From a bacterium (GTDB taxonomy: Bacteria > Aerophobota > Aerophobia > Aerophobales > AE-B3A), in contig JBHIEA010000001.1 of the NCBI GenBank assembly GCA_046760365.1, positions 1-45,477 of the forward strand: a DNA stretch of 45,477 bases, written 5' to 3'. Each line of letters begins with the position of its first letter. Within the stretch, counting starts at the first letter, position 1. Below, piece after piece: positions 37,704 to 45,477 of the stretch. The notes beneath the pieces are model-generated. The model was given only the letters and a program-made list of their open reading frames with translations, searched no databases and was not told where the DNA came from. Both the position numbers and the translations under genes were made by a program.

Positions 37704-38723
37704 TTGGGTAAATACATTGTTCTGAGACTCTTACAATCACTTTTTGTTTTGTTCGGTCTTTCTCTGCTCATTTTCTTCATTGCCAGAGTCATGCCAGGTG
37801 ATCCGGCTCGCGTAGCGCTAGGATCTCTTGCCACACACGAGCAGGTTCAGAACCTCAGGGAAGAGATGCATCTAGACAAGCCTTTTCCCATTCAATACTA
37901 CTTTTGGCTCAGGTCCCTGCTACGGGGGGATCTGGGGAGATCCTTGTACACGCGGCGGCCAGTGACTACGGATCTGAAGGCGTATATACCTGCGACCCTG
38001 GAGCTGATTCTCATTTCATTTCTTATGTCGCTAGTCATAGGTCAAGTAACAGGAGTTCTTGCGGGATATTTCAGGAACTCCTGGTTTGACGGCCTGTCCC
38101 GGCTGATCTCATATGTTGGGATTGCCACGCCGGCTTTTGCGGTGGCTATCTTTCTCCTGTTGATTTTCACCTATATTCTGAATCTCGCTCCTGCCGTAGG
38201 AAGACTTAGCCTGGCAGTAGCGCCTCCATCTCGAATAACCGGCTTTCTCATTCTTGACAGTCTGATAGCCGGGAAATTGGGCACCGCTCTGGAGGGACTC
38301 AGGCATGTCCTTCTACCCGCTGCAAGCCTGGCGGTAGCTAATATAGCACAGGAGGGCAGGATTACTCGCACCTCCATAGCTGAGAATCTGCAGAAGGACT
38401 ACGTGACTGCTCATACAGTATACGGCATTCCCAGGTGGTCTATTCTCTTCAAATACCTCTTAAGACCGTCGCTCATACCAACTGTGTCAGTAATGGGTCT
38501 AGCTTTCGCTTATCAACTATCTAACGCCTTTCTTGTGGAGCTGGTATTTATGTGGCCGGGATTCTCCCGCTACGCAGTTACCGTAATGCTGAATAAAGAC
38601 CTTAATGCCATTGTTGCAGTAGTTCTGGTCATAGGAGTTGCCTTCTCCGTGGTGAATGTCGTTGTTGATATTGTAGTTTCTTTTCTTGATCCCAGGGTCC
38701 GTCTGCAAAGGGCAGGAGGATAA
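37704..38723 (+). CDS. peptide ABC transporter permease (DppB/OppB-like)
   Basis: N-terminus YIVLRLLQSLFVLFGLSLLIFFIARVMPGDP is typical of DppB. About 6 TM segments are present. Confidence 0.9.
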   Translation: MGKYIVLRLLQSLFVLFGLSLLIFFIARVMPGDPARVALGSLATHEQVQNLREEMHLDKPFPIQYYFWLRSLLRGDLGRSLYTRRPVTTDLKAYIPATLELILISFLMSLVIGQVTGVLAGYFRNSWFDGLSRLISYVGIATPAFAVAIFLLLIFTYILNLAPAVGRLSLAVAPPSRITGFLILDSLIAGKLGTALEGLRHVLLPAASLAVANIAQEGRITRTSIAENLQKDYVTAHTVYGIPRWSILFKYLLRPSLIPTVSVMGLAFAYQLSNAFLVELVFMWPGFSRYAVTVMLNKDLNAIVAVVLVIGVAFSVVNVVVDIVVSFLDPRVRLQRAGG

Positions 38724-38726
38724 GTC

Positions 38727-39617
38727 TTGTCGAAAAAAGAGCTTCTTTTTGCTGCTTTGGCCAGGAAAAGAGTCAGTCTCTCCAAAGCATGGTACAAATT
38801 CTCTCGAAATCCTCTTTCCGTCCTAGGGCTAGTCATTCTCTTCTCAGTCATTCTTGCTGCTATTCTCGCCCCACATATTACCCCCTACCCTGAGCATGCC
38901 GGAGCATTTACAAACTTTCGCCAATCGAGTCTGCCCCCAAGCCTGACCCACTTTTTTGGAACCGACACTGTGGGTAGGGATATATTTACCCGCGTTATTT
39001 TCGGATACCGCTTTTCTTTGGTCTTAGCGGTTGTTGTTCTTAGCTTGAGCGTCCCTCCGGGTGTGATCCTGGGCCTCATTGCCGGATACTATCAGCGCAG
39101 GCGGATCGAGATTGCGATTATGCGCATCACGGATGTCTTCCTGGCCGTTCCTCCTCTAGTCTTAGCCCTGGCCATAACTGTAATGTTAAGTCCTAATCTG
39201 TTTAATCAAATGATGGCCATATCGCTTATGTGGTGGCCTTGGTACTGCAGGTTAGTTTACTCAGTTACGACCTCACTGCGTAACGAGTACTTTGTGCGCG
39301 AAGCAGAGCTCACCGGAGCGAGCAAAGCGCATATCCTGCTTAGGGAAATCCTTCCCAATTGTATAGCTCCCATTTTGACGAAGATGACTTTGGATGCGGG
39401 TTTTGTCATAACAGTTGGCGCATCCTTAAGTTTCATCGGTCTCGGAGTACAGCCACCTAAGCCTGGCCTGGGAACGATGGTGGCGGATGGAGCGAAGAGG
39501 CTGCCCGCCGAATGGTGGATGGCGGTGTTCCCGGCACTGGCCATTGTGGTTGTCATATTGGCGTTCAATCTTGTAGGGGATGGCCTCCGGGATATGTTTG
39601 CTGTCGAGGAAGTGTAA
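38727..39617 (+). CDS. peptide ABC transporter permease (DppC/OppC-like)
   Basis: HFFGTDTVGRDIFTRVIFG motif plus a BPD_transp_1-like core. TTG start with AGGAGGA 5 nt upstream. Confidence 0.9.
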   Translation: MSKKELLFAALARKRVSLSKAWYKFSRNPLSVLGLVILFSVILAAILAPHITPYPEHAGAFTNFRQSSLPPSLTHFFGTDTVGRDIFTRVIFGYRFSLVLAVVVLSLSVPPGVILGLIAGYYQRRRIEIAIMRITDVFLAVPPLVLALAITVMLSPNLFNQMMAISLMWWPWYCRLVYSVTTSLRNEYFVREAELTGASKAHILLREILPNCIAPILTKMTLDAGFVITVGASLSFIGLGVQPPKPGLGTMVADGAKRLPAEWWMAVFPALAIVVVILAFNLVGDGLRDMFAVEEV

Positions 39618-39625
39618 CTTGTAAA

Positions 39626-40609
39626 ATGACACCACTATTAGAAATAAAAAACTTACACGTACGGTTCAGAGTTTTCGAGGGAGAGCTGAAGGTACTGAAT
39701 GGGGTGGATATGGTAATCAGTGAGGGAGAGAAGGTCGGCTTGGTGGGGGAAACAGGGTGCGGAAAGACAACCACGGTGAAGTCGGTACTGCGGGTTCTCC
39801 CTACTCCTCCGGCAAGGATTGCAGGCGGCGAGATCCTCTACCGGGGAAAGGACGTTCTTAAGATGAAGCCCGGCGAGATACGAAGACTCAGAAAGGGAGA
39901 GATGAGCGCCATATTTCAGGACCCCCTGGCAGCCCTTAATCCCGTCTTCACAGTTGGCCATCAACTGCATGATGTTATCAAATATTCGTCCATAGCGCAC
40001 GAAGGGAAACACCTGTCCAAGAAGGAGATAAGAGCTCGATCCATTGCTGCGCTCAAGGAAACCGGTATGCCAGACTCAGAAAGGATTCTGACCAACTATC
40101 CCGTACAATTGAGTGGTGGAATGAGACAGAGGGTCTGTATCAGTGAGGCTCTTAGCAGTGCGTCTAGGCTTCTCATGGCTGATGAGCCTACTACAAATCT
40201 CGACGTCACAATACAAGCCCAGATCCTGAGGCGATTGCATGAACTGGTTGCTAGGAGGGGACCTTCGATACTATTGATAAGCCATTCGCTGGGTGTGGTA
40301 AGGAATTTGACAGAGCGGGTATACATTATGTACGCCGGAAACATTGTGGAGGTGGCTGGAACAAAGGATCTGTTTGCTGATCCGTCGCATCCCTATACGA
40401 AGGCATTGTTGAAGAGTGTTCCGAAGCTAACGGGTGAGGGTATAAGTCAGGGTATTCGAGGAAGAATTCCGAATTACCTTAACCCCCCCGAGGGGTGCCG
40501 ATTCCATCCTAGATGCGACCATGCGATGCCAATTTGCCAAAAGGAAAGACCCGGCCTCTTCAGCCTCCGAGATGCCCATAGGGTCGCTTGCTTTCTTTAT
40601 GGGAGATGA
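39626..40609 (+). CDS. peptide ABC transporter ATP-binding protein (DppD/OppD-like)
   Basis: Walker A GETGCGKT, signature LSGGMRQR, Walker B LLMADEPT, and the C-terminal oligopeptide-type extension PSHPYTKALL. ATG 39626 (MTPLLEIKNL) is chosen; the ORF-track start 39512 overlaps dppC in another frame. Confidence 0.9.
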   Translation: MTPLLEIKNLHVRFRVFEGELKVLNGVDMVISEGEKVGLVGETGCGKTTTVKSVLRVLPTPPARIAGGEILYRGKDVLKMKPGEIRRLRKGEMSAIFQDPLAALNPVFTVGHQLHDVIKYSSIAHEGKHLSKKEIRARSIAALKETGMPDSERILTNYPVQLSGGMRQRVCISEALSSASRLLMADEPTTNLDVTIQAQILRRLHELVARRGPSILLISHSLGVVRNLTERVYIMYAGNIVEVAGTKDLFADPSHPYTKALLKSVPKLTGEGISQGIRGRIPNYLNPPEGCRFHPRCDHAMPICQKERPGLFSLRDAHRVACFLYGR

Positions 40610-41577
40610 GCCTTTTGTCAGAAGAGATACTCACTGTTGAAGGTCTGAAGAAGTTCTTCGTTACCAAACAGGGAACAGTGCGGGCAGTCAATAGCGTCAG
40701 TTTCTCGGTAAGGCAGGGTGAGATCTGCGGGCTTGTGGGCGAATCCGGCTCAGGCAAGACCACTGTAGCTCATACTCTTGTGGGAATTTATGCACCTACC
40801 GGAGGAAGAGTCTTTTTCAAGGGACAGAGCATAGGCAGCCTCTTCAATGAACGAGCCAAGTCTTTGAAGAAGGACATCCGGATCGTCTTTCAGGACCCGG
40901 GATCGTCTCTAAATCCCAGACGGAATATTAAGCAAATCTTGGAGTTGCCCCTCAAGGTGCATGGCATCTGCGGTAATAACGACCGGATGGAAAGGGTGAT
41001 GGAACTCTTGAGAATGGTGGAATTGCCACCGGAGGACTACATGTACAAATATCCGCAGGCGATCGGCGGGGGAGAGAAGCAGATGGTGGCGATCGCCAGG
41101 GCCCTTGCCTCTAATCCCTCCTTTGTGGTCTTGGATGAGCCGACCTCAGCCCTGGACGTCTCGGTTCAGGCCAAGATCATCAACTTGCTGATGCAACTCA
41201 GGGAGAAGTTCGACCTTACGTATCTTTTCATCACTCATGACCTATCCCTGATGCGGAACATTGCCAGCAGGGTCGTAATCATGTACCTGGGGAAGATCAG
41301 CGAGGTTGCCCCTACGGTGGAGTTCTTCCAGAATCCATTCCATCCTTATACGAAGATGCTGCTCTCCTCGATACCGGCGGTCTCTGATGAGGAAGAGGAC
41401 CTCAAGCCGAAGGAGGTAATCTCTAAGGGAGAGATTCCGAGCCCGGTTAACATCCCGCCGGGGTGCAGTTTCCACCTGCGATGTCCCGAGAAGATGAACA
41501 TCTGCTCTCGGGTTGACCCGATGATGGCAAAGGTAGGAGAGGAACACACTGTCAGGTGTCATCTATTTACGGAATGA
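40606..41577 (+). CDS. peptide ABC transporter ATP-binding protein (DppF/OppF-like)
   Basis: Walker A GESGSGKT, Walker B VVLDEPTS, and C-terminal FHPYTKMLL. ATG 40606 forms an ATGA overlap with the upstream stop. Confidence 0.9.
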   Translation: MSLLSEEILTVEGLKKFFVTKQGTVRAVNSVSFSVRQGEICGLVGESGSGKTTVAHTLVGIYAPTGGRVFFKGQSIGSLFNERAKSLKKDIRIVFQDPGSSLNPRRNIKQILELPLKVHGICGNNDRMERVMELLRMVELPPEDYMYKYPQAIGGGEKQMVAIARALASNPSFVVLDEPTSALDVSVQAKIINLLMQLREKFDLTYLFITHDLSLMRNIASRVVIMYLGKISEVAPTVEFFQNPFHPYTKMLLSSIPAVSDEEEDLKPKEVISKGEIPSPVNIPPGCSFHLRCPEKMNICSRVDPMMAKVGEEHTVRCHLFTE

Positions 41578-41620
41578 AATACGCGGGACAACACGGCTAT
41601 TATCGGCTGCGTCTATTTAA

Positions 41621-41814
41621 AGGTATCGGAATGTCAATAATTTCTATGAGTTGTTATGAAGTAAACCTCAGCAGACTAGATATCAGAAAGAAAAAAGAGG
41701 GGAGGCCTGCTCTCTCACGCCCTGAGCGAACGACCATCGGCTTTGCCGATGGAGCCGTCGAGGGGGAATTCCAAAGGAATCGGCGAAGCCCTATTTCCCC
41801 CTCGAGTATCTTGT
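41621..41814 (+). repeat. unclassified ~200-nt intergenic repeat / candidate structured RNA, copy 2 (194 nt)
   Basis: Same orientation as 18718-18930 and near-identical to it. It lacks the 22-nt GAAA hairpin segment and instead has a longer CCATCGGC-TTT-GCCGATGG stem. Confidence 0.85.
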
Positions 41815-42010
41815 TGGCTCATATATTCAGGCGATTTTTTGTGCATGAAGAAAGTGAAGCTAAGAATAAGGCCGGAGGGGGGTGAGTGGGTAGCCAGGCC
41901 ATTAGCTGGGAAATAAAAGAAGATTTTCGAAAAAGAGAAGTGTCGTAAGATCAATTTCTGTTGGGGGAGTTTTCAGACAAAATGGACTAGGTTAATAAGG
42001 AGGAGGGAAA

Positions 42011-43315
42011 GTGAAGAAAACAAGCAAAAGCATTTTGATGTTGATGTCAATTATCTTGGGAGTAAGTGTAATGGCTTATGCTGCCGAGCCTGTCACCATT
42101 ACTTTTATGGGATGGGGTAGTCCTCTCGAGAGAGCGAATGTCGAAGAGGGCGTGAAGGTATTTAATCAGAAACATCCTGAGATTAATGTCAAGTGGATAC
42201 ATGTTCCGGCAGACTATGAAACCAAGCTGTTTACCATGGTGGCAGGGGGTACCGCACCAGACGTATTTTGGGGAGGAATAGACTTTTATCGAGAATACGC
42301 TTATCGAGGTCTACTACTAGATATTACTGATCAGGTGAAGAATGATCCTATAATAGGTAAACCAGGCTATTTCATCGAACCATGGGAAGAGGAAAGATGT
42401 GCTATAGAAGGACGTTGGTACGGGATAGGTTCTTGCTGGACCCTAATCCATATGTTTTACAATAAGGAGGTCTTTGATGAGGCAGGAGCAGAGTATCCAC
42501 CTGTGGATCCCGATAAGGCCTGGGACTGGAGCCATTTTGTAGAAATTGCTCAAAAGCTAACCTCTAAGGCCGATTCCAAATGGGGAGCCTACATTCCAAC
42601 AGCTTGGTGGATGCCGTACGATCCTTTCATAGCTTCCAATGGAGGTGAGTACGTCAACAAAGAAGGGAAGGTTGCTCTGGATGAACCCGAAGCAGTGGAG
42701 GCATTACAGCAAATAGCGGACCTTACCAATAAGGTACAGGTAGCTCCTCATGCAGTAGACTTGCAGGAGTTAGGACTGGGCGCTTGGCAGATGTTAGCCA
42801 CCGGTCGCCTTGGGATGCTAGTTGATGGGTCTTGGGCCCTCCAAGATATTAGTAAGCTTGATTTCGAGTTTGGTTGCGCAGCTTTGCCTAAGTTTAAGGT
42901 GCCGGTTACTACCATGCAAGCACATTTGCATGTTATACACAAGGACACAAAACACCCTAAGGAAGCGTGGGAATTCTTGAGGTTCCTGGCCAGCGATTAC
43001 TATCAGCTGAGCTTATGTAAGGTAGGATTATGGCTACCTAGTCACAGCAGCCTCTTTACCCCTGAGGGACTTAAACAGTGGATAACTCCTGAAGTCCATC
43101 CAGAAGGCTATGCTAAGTTGATCGCCAAGTATATGGACAAATATGCGAGGATTCTCTACATGCCTATAGGATGGCGAAAAGCAAGTTGGTCCATAATTTT
43201 CCCGGGGTTGGAGCCGCTTTGGCTCGGTAAGAAGACTGCTCAAGAATGTGTAAACGAGATGGTGCCAAAAGCTAACGCAACCTTAGCCAAGGAGTTAAAG
43301 AGAATCAAAGGATAG
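42011..43315 (+). CDS. ABC transporter extracellular sugar-binding protein (CUT1 / SBP family 1)
   Basis: 434 aa with a signal peptide-like N-terminus and ITFMGWGSP...APDVFW typical of family 1. GTG start with AGGAGGAGGG upstream. Confidence 0.88.
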   Translation: MKKTSKSILMLMSIILGVSVMAYAAEPVTITFMGWGSPLERANVEEGVKVFNQKHPEINVKWIHVPADYETKLFTMVAGGTAPDVFWGGIDFYREYAYRGLLLDITDQVKNDPIIGKPGYFIEPWEEERCAIEGRWYGIGSCWTLIHMFYNKEVFDEAGAEYPPVDPDKAWDWSHFVEIAQKLTSKADSKWGAYIPTAWWMPYDPFIASNGGEYVNKEGKVALDEPEAVEALQQIADLTNKVQVAPHAVDLQELGLGAWQMLATGRLGMLVDGSWALQDISKLDFEFGCAALPKFKVPVTTMQAHLHVIHKDTKHPKEAWEFLRFLASDYYQLSLCKVGLWLPSHSSLFTPEGLKQWITPEVHPEGYAKLIAKYMDKYARILYMPIGWRKASWSIIFPGLEPLWLGKKTAQECVNEMVPKANATLAKELKRIKG

Positions 43316-43365
43316 ACCTGGGGCTTGGTTTGAATATTTGGGAGATAACGCTAAATAGCGTTTTC

Positions 43366-43408
43366 CTATCACTGGGGAGACTCTGGAAAGTGGTCTACCC
43401 AGTGATAG
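43366..43408 (+). other. strong intercistronic stem-loop after the second sugar-binding-protein gene
   Basis: A perfect 11-bp stem CTATCACTGGG / CCCAGTGATAG plus an inner AGAC/GTCT. No U-tract follows. A small hairpin AACGCT-AAAT-AGCGTT plus TTTT lies at 43347-43364. Confidence 0.55.
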
Positions 43409-43449
43409 ATTCTGTAGTTCTGAATTGAAAGGAGAGGGAAACCGCCTAG

Positions 43450-44370
43450 ATGGAAAAGAGGTTATTTGATAACCGGGAGCGGTTGAACAAAGGCTCCCTA
43501 AGCCGGAAAAGAATCACTGCTGGATATCTATTTATTTCTCCTATCCTTTTAGGAATGTTAATCTGGCTTGTCTTTCCGATGTCTTTTTCTCTTTGGTTAA
43601 GTGGCCATGAGTGGGACTTGATATCTGAGCCCAGTTTCATCGGCCTGGGTAATTTCAAGGAGGTATTATCCGATGAACTTTTCTGGCAGTCCCTTAAGGT
43701 GACGCTTTACTTTTCAGGAGTTTCTGTCCCTCTTTCTCTAATCACTGCCTTCCTAGTTGCCTTGCTCTTAAACATAGAGATAAAGGGAAGGAGTGTATTC
43801 CGAGCCCTTTACTATCTTCCGAGCGTCATTCCTGTAGTAGCTAATTGCGTTTTGTGGGTCTGGATACTTAACTCAGAGTTTGGGCTTCTCAATTTTTTTC
43901 TGAGCAAGCTGGGCTTATCGAAAGTTTTGTGGTTACAAGAGCCTAAGTGGACTATGCCAGCATTAATCATTATGAGTCTGTGGGGAATAGGACCTCTAGT
44001 AGTCCTTTACTTAGCTGGTTTGCAAGGCATTTCTCGGCAACTTTATGAGGCGGCAGAAATAGACGGAGCTAACTGGGGAAATAAATTCCTTTTTATCACA
44101 ATACCAATGATGTCGCCGGTTATATTCTTTAATTTGATAATAGGGCTCATCAATGCATTTCAGACCTTTACTCAAGCATATATTATGACTCAAGGAGGAC
44201 CTCAGAATGCTACTTTGTTTTATGTGTTCTATCTTTACCAAAACGCCTTCCAATGGATGAGGATGGGCTATGCCTGTGCATTGGCTTGGATTTTGTTTGC
44301 CACTATTTTGATTTGCACCCTATTCATATTTAGACACTTCGAAAGATTGGTCTATTATGCGGGAACATGA
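43450..44370 (+). CDS. sugar ABC transporter permease (MalF-like)
   Basis: EAA loop YEAAEIDGANWGNKFLFITIPMM and 6 TM segments. Confidence 0.9.
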   Translation: MEKRLFDNRERLNKGSLSRKRITAGYLFISPILLGMLIWLVFPMSFSLWLSGHEWDLISEPSFIGLGNFKEVLSDELFWQSLKVTLYFSGVSVPLSLITAFLVALLLNIEIKGRSVFRALYYLPSVIPVVANCVLWVWILNSEFGLLNFFLSKLGLSKVLWLQEPKWTMPALIIMSLWGIGPLVVLYLAGLQGISRQLYEAAEIDGANWGNKFLFITIPMMSPVIFFNLIIGLINAFQTFTQAYIMTQGGPQNATLFYVFYLYQNAFQWMRMGYACALAWILFATILICTLFIFRHFERLVYYAGT

Positions 44371-45248
44371 GGAGAGATAAAGTAAGAATTATGAAGGGAG
44401 ATAGGAGAACACAGATTCAGATATTGGCTTTAAGTAGGCGAGTTTTGGTCAGGTTGGTTCTTTGCGCAGGGGCGGTGATAATGTTAGCGCCCTTTTTTTG
44501 GTTGGCTTCCAGTTCCCTTAAAGATTTAAGTAAGATATGGCTGTTTCCTCCCCAATGGATACCCAATCCCATAAGATGGGATAACTATTCTAAAGCTCTA
44601 ACAACTATGCCCTTTCTCCTTTTCTTTAAGAACACCATAATTATTATCCTCTTTGTAGAATTGGGAACACTTGTTTCGGCTTCTTTATGTGCTTACGGCT
44701 TTACTTTCTGTCGCTTTCCCGGCAGGAATTTTATCTTCTTTGTGGTTTTAAGCACGATGATGCTCCCCTACGCAGTAATCATTATCCCCACATATATTAT
44801 GTGGAAGTACCTTCGTGGCATCGATACTTTCTACCCCTTGATTGTACCAGCTTTTTTTGGGGGAGGGGCATTTAATATCTTCTTATTGCGGCAATTCTTC
44901 AGGACTCTTCCTCCTGCGTTAATCGATGCCGCTCGGATAGATGGTTGCTCGGAATTAGGCATTCATGCAAGGATAGTAATACCTTTATCTAAGCCAGCTT
45001 TAGCCACAATAGGTGTTTTTACTTTCATGTGGCACTGGAATGATTTCTTGGCACCACTAGTTTATCTATCTACTCCAGAGAAATTTACTGTCTCCTTGGG
45101 TTTGGCTTCTTTTCAGGGCCTATATAGTACGCAATGGGGTTACCTGATGGCTGCTGCTACAGTAGTCACTATTCCAGTTGTTCTGGTCTTCTTCTTTGCC
45201 CAAAGGTATTTTGTGGAGGGGATAACCTTAACCGGAATGAAAGGTTAA
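44367..45248 (+). CDS. sugar ABC transporter permease (MalG-like)
   Basis: EAA loop IDAARIDGCSELGIHARIVIPLSKPA. ATGA overlap with the upstream gene. Confidence 0.9.
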   Translation: MRRDKVRIMKGDRRTQIQILALSRRVLVRLVLCAGAVIMLAPFFWLASSSLKDLSKIWLFPPQWIPNPIRWDNYSKALTTMPFLLFFKNTIIIILFVELGTLVSASLCAYGFTFCRFPGRNFIFFVVLSTMMLPYAVIIIPTYIMWKYLRGIDTFYPLIVPAFFGGGAFNIFLLRQFFRTLPPALIDAARIDGCSELGIHARIVIPLSKPALATIGVFTFMWHWNDFLAPLVYLSTPEKFTVSLGLASFQGLYSTQWGYLMAAATVVTIPVVLVFFFAQRYFVEGITLTGMKG

Positions 45249-45274
45249 AAACTCCTAAAACTGGAGGATTCAAT

Positions 45275-45477
45275 ATGTCAACTAAACGTTTAGAATCACG
45301 AAGAATTTCTTGGCAGGATGCGGGGATTGTGTCTACAATGAATAGTCCTTTCTGCAAGTTGAAGCCTATCCCTATTAGAGCTGTGCGAATGAACACAGGT
45401 TTTTGGAAACCTCGAATAGATACGATCGCAACAGTTACTCTAAAAAAGCAGCTACAAGAAATCCGAAAAAGTGGTGT
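45275..45477 (+). CDS. 5' part of a glycoside hydrolase gene, probably GH127/DUF1680-like (beta-L-arabinofuranosidase family); truncated by the window end
   Basis: ATG at 45275 with GGAGGA 7 nt upstream. The N-terminus ...IPIRAVRMNTGFWKPRIDT...TLKKQL resembles the V.L..G.F..R opening of DUF1680 proteins. Only 67 codons are visible. Confidence 0.5.
   Translation, partial: MSTKRLESRRISWQDAGIVSTMNSPFCKLKPIPIRAVRMNTGFWKPRIDTIATVTLKKQLQEIRKSG

Noticed and set aside
39512-39625. 38-codon N-terminal extension of the DppD-like ATPase.
   Set aside because: It overlaps the 3' end of the DppC-like gene in another frame and is Cys/Gly-rich nonsense. The canonical ABC N-terminus MTPLLEIKNL starts at ATG 39626.
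41556-41885. 109-aa ORF overlapping the dppF stop and spanning repeat copy 2.
   Set aside because: It has no recognisable protein features. The frame is not conserved relative to copy 1, and it begins inside dppF. It is better explained as non-coding repeat sequence.

Overview
This is a 45.5-kb bacterial chromosomal segment. Every credible gene (2 tRNAs and about 38 CDS) lies on the + strand, and all long minus-strand ORFs look like antisense artefacts.

Gene order:
- tRNA-Phe (5'-truncated by the window edge), tRNA-Thr(CGU), leuS, comEA, and a decayed HAD-hydrolase remnant on the minus strand.
- A beta-glucoside/cellobiose locus: a GH1 beta-glucosidase behind a terminator-containing leader, a LacI-family repressor with matching operators, a CUT1-type sugar ABC binding protein with 2 permeases and no ATPase, and a GH94 cellobiose-type phosphorylase.
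- A cold-shock protein, a DUF1385 protein, ribokinase, a short ComEC and an MFS transporter.
- A tandem glycine riboswitch with an intrinsic terminator. It sits in front of an unusual glycine operon: class-I aminotransferase, a 1248-aa SHMT-GcvT-GcvT fusion, a single-chain split-type transketolase, gcvH, gcvPA, gcvPB and a lipoate ligase.
- A gene-decay junction containing a sigma-70 remnant.
- A visibly GC-richer block: hyuA, hyuB, an M24 Xaa-Pro peptidase and a five-gene Dpp/Opp-type peptide ABC transporter.
- A second CUT1 sugar ABC locus and the start of a GH127-like gene.

I found no CRISPR array, transposase, integrase or recognisable defence genes.

The most unusual signal is an unclassified non-coding element of about 200 nt, present twice in the same orientation (18718-18930 and 41621-41814). 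It carries conserved hairpins and a 22-nt optional hairpin insertion. Copy 1 is wedged between the glycine riboswitch terminator and the Shine-Dalgarno of the first operon gene. The composition of the glycine operon and the triple-domain fusion are the second point of interest.

All product calls rest on motif recognition by eye. No database search was possible.
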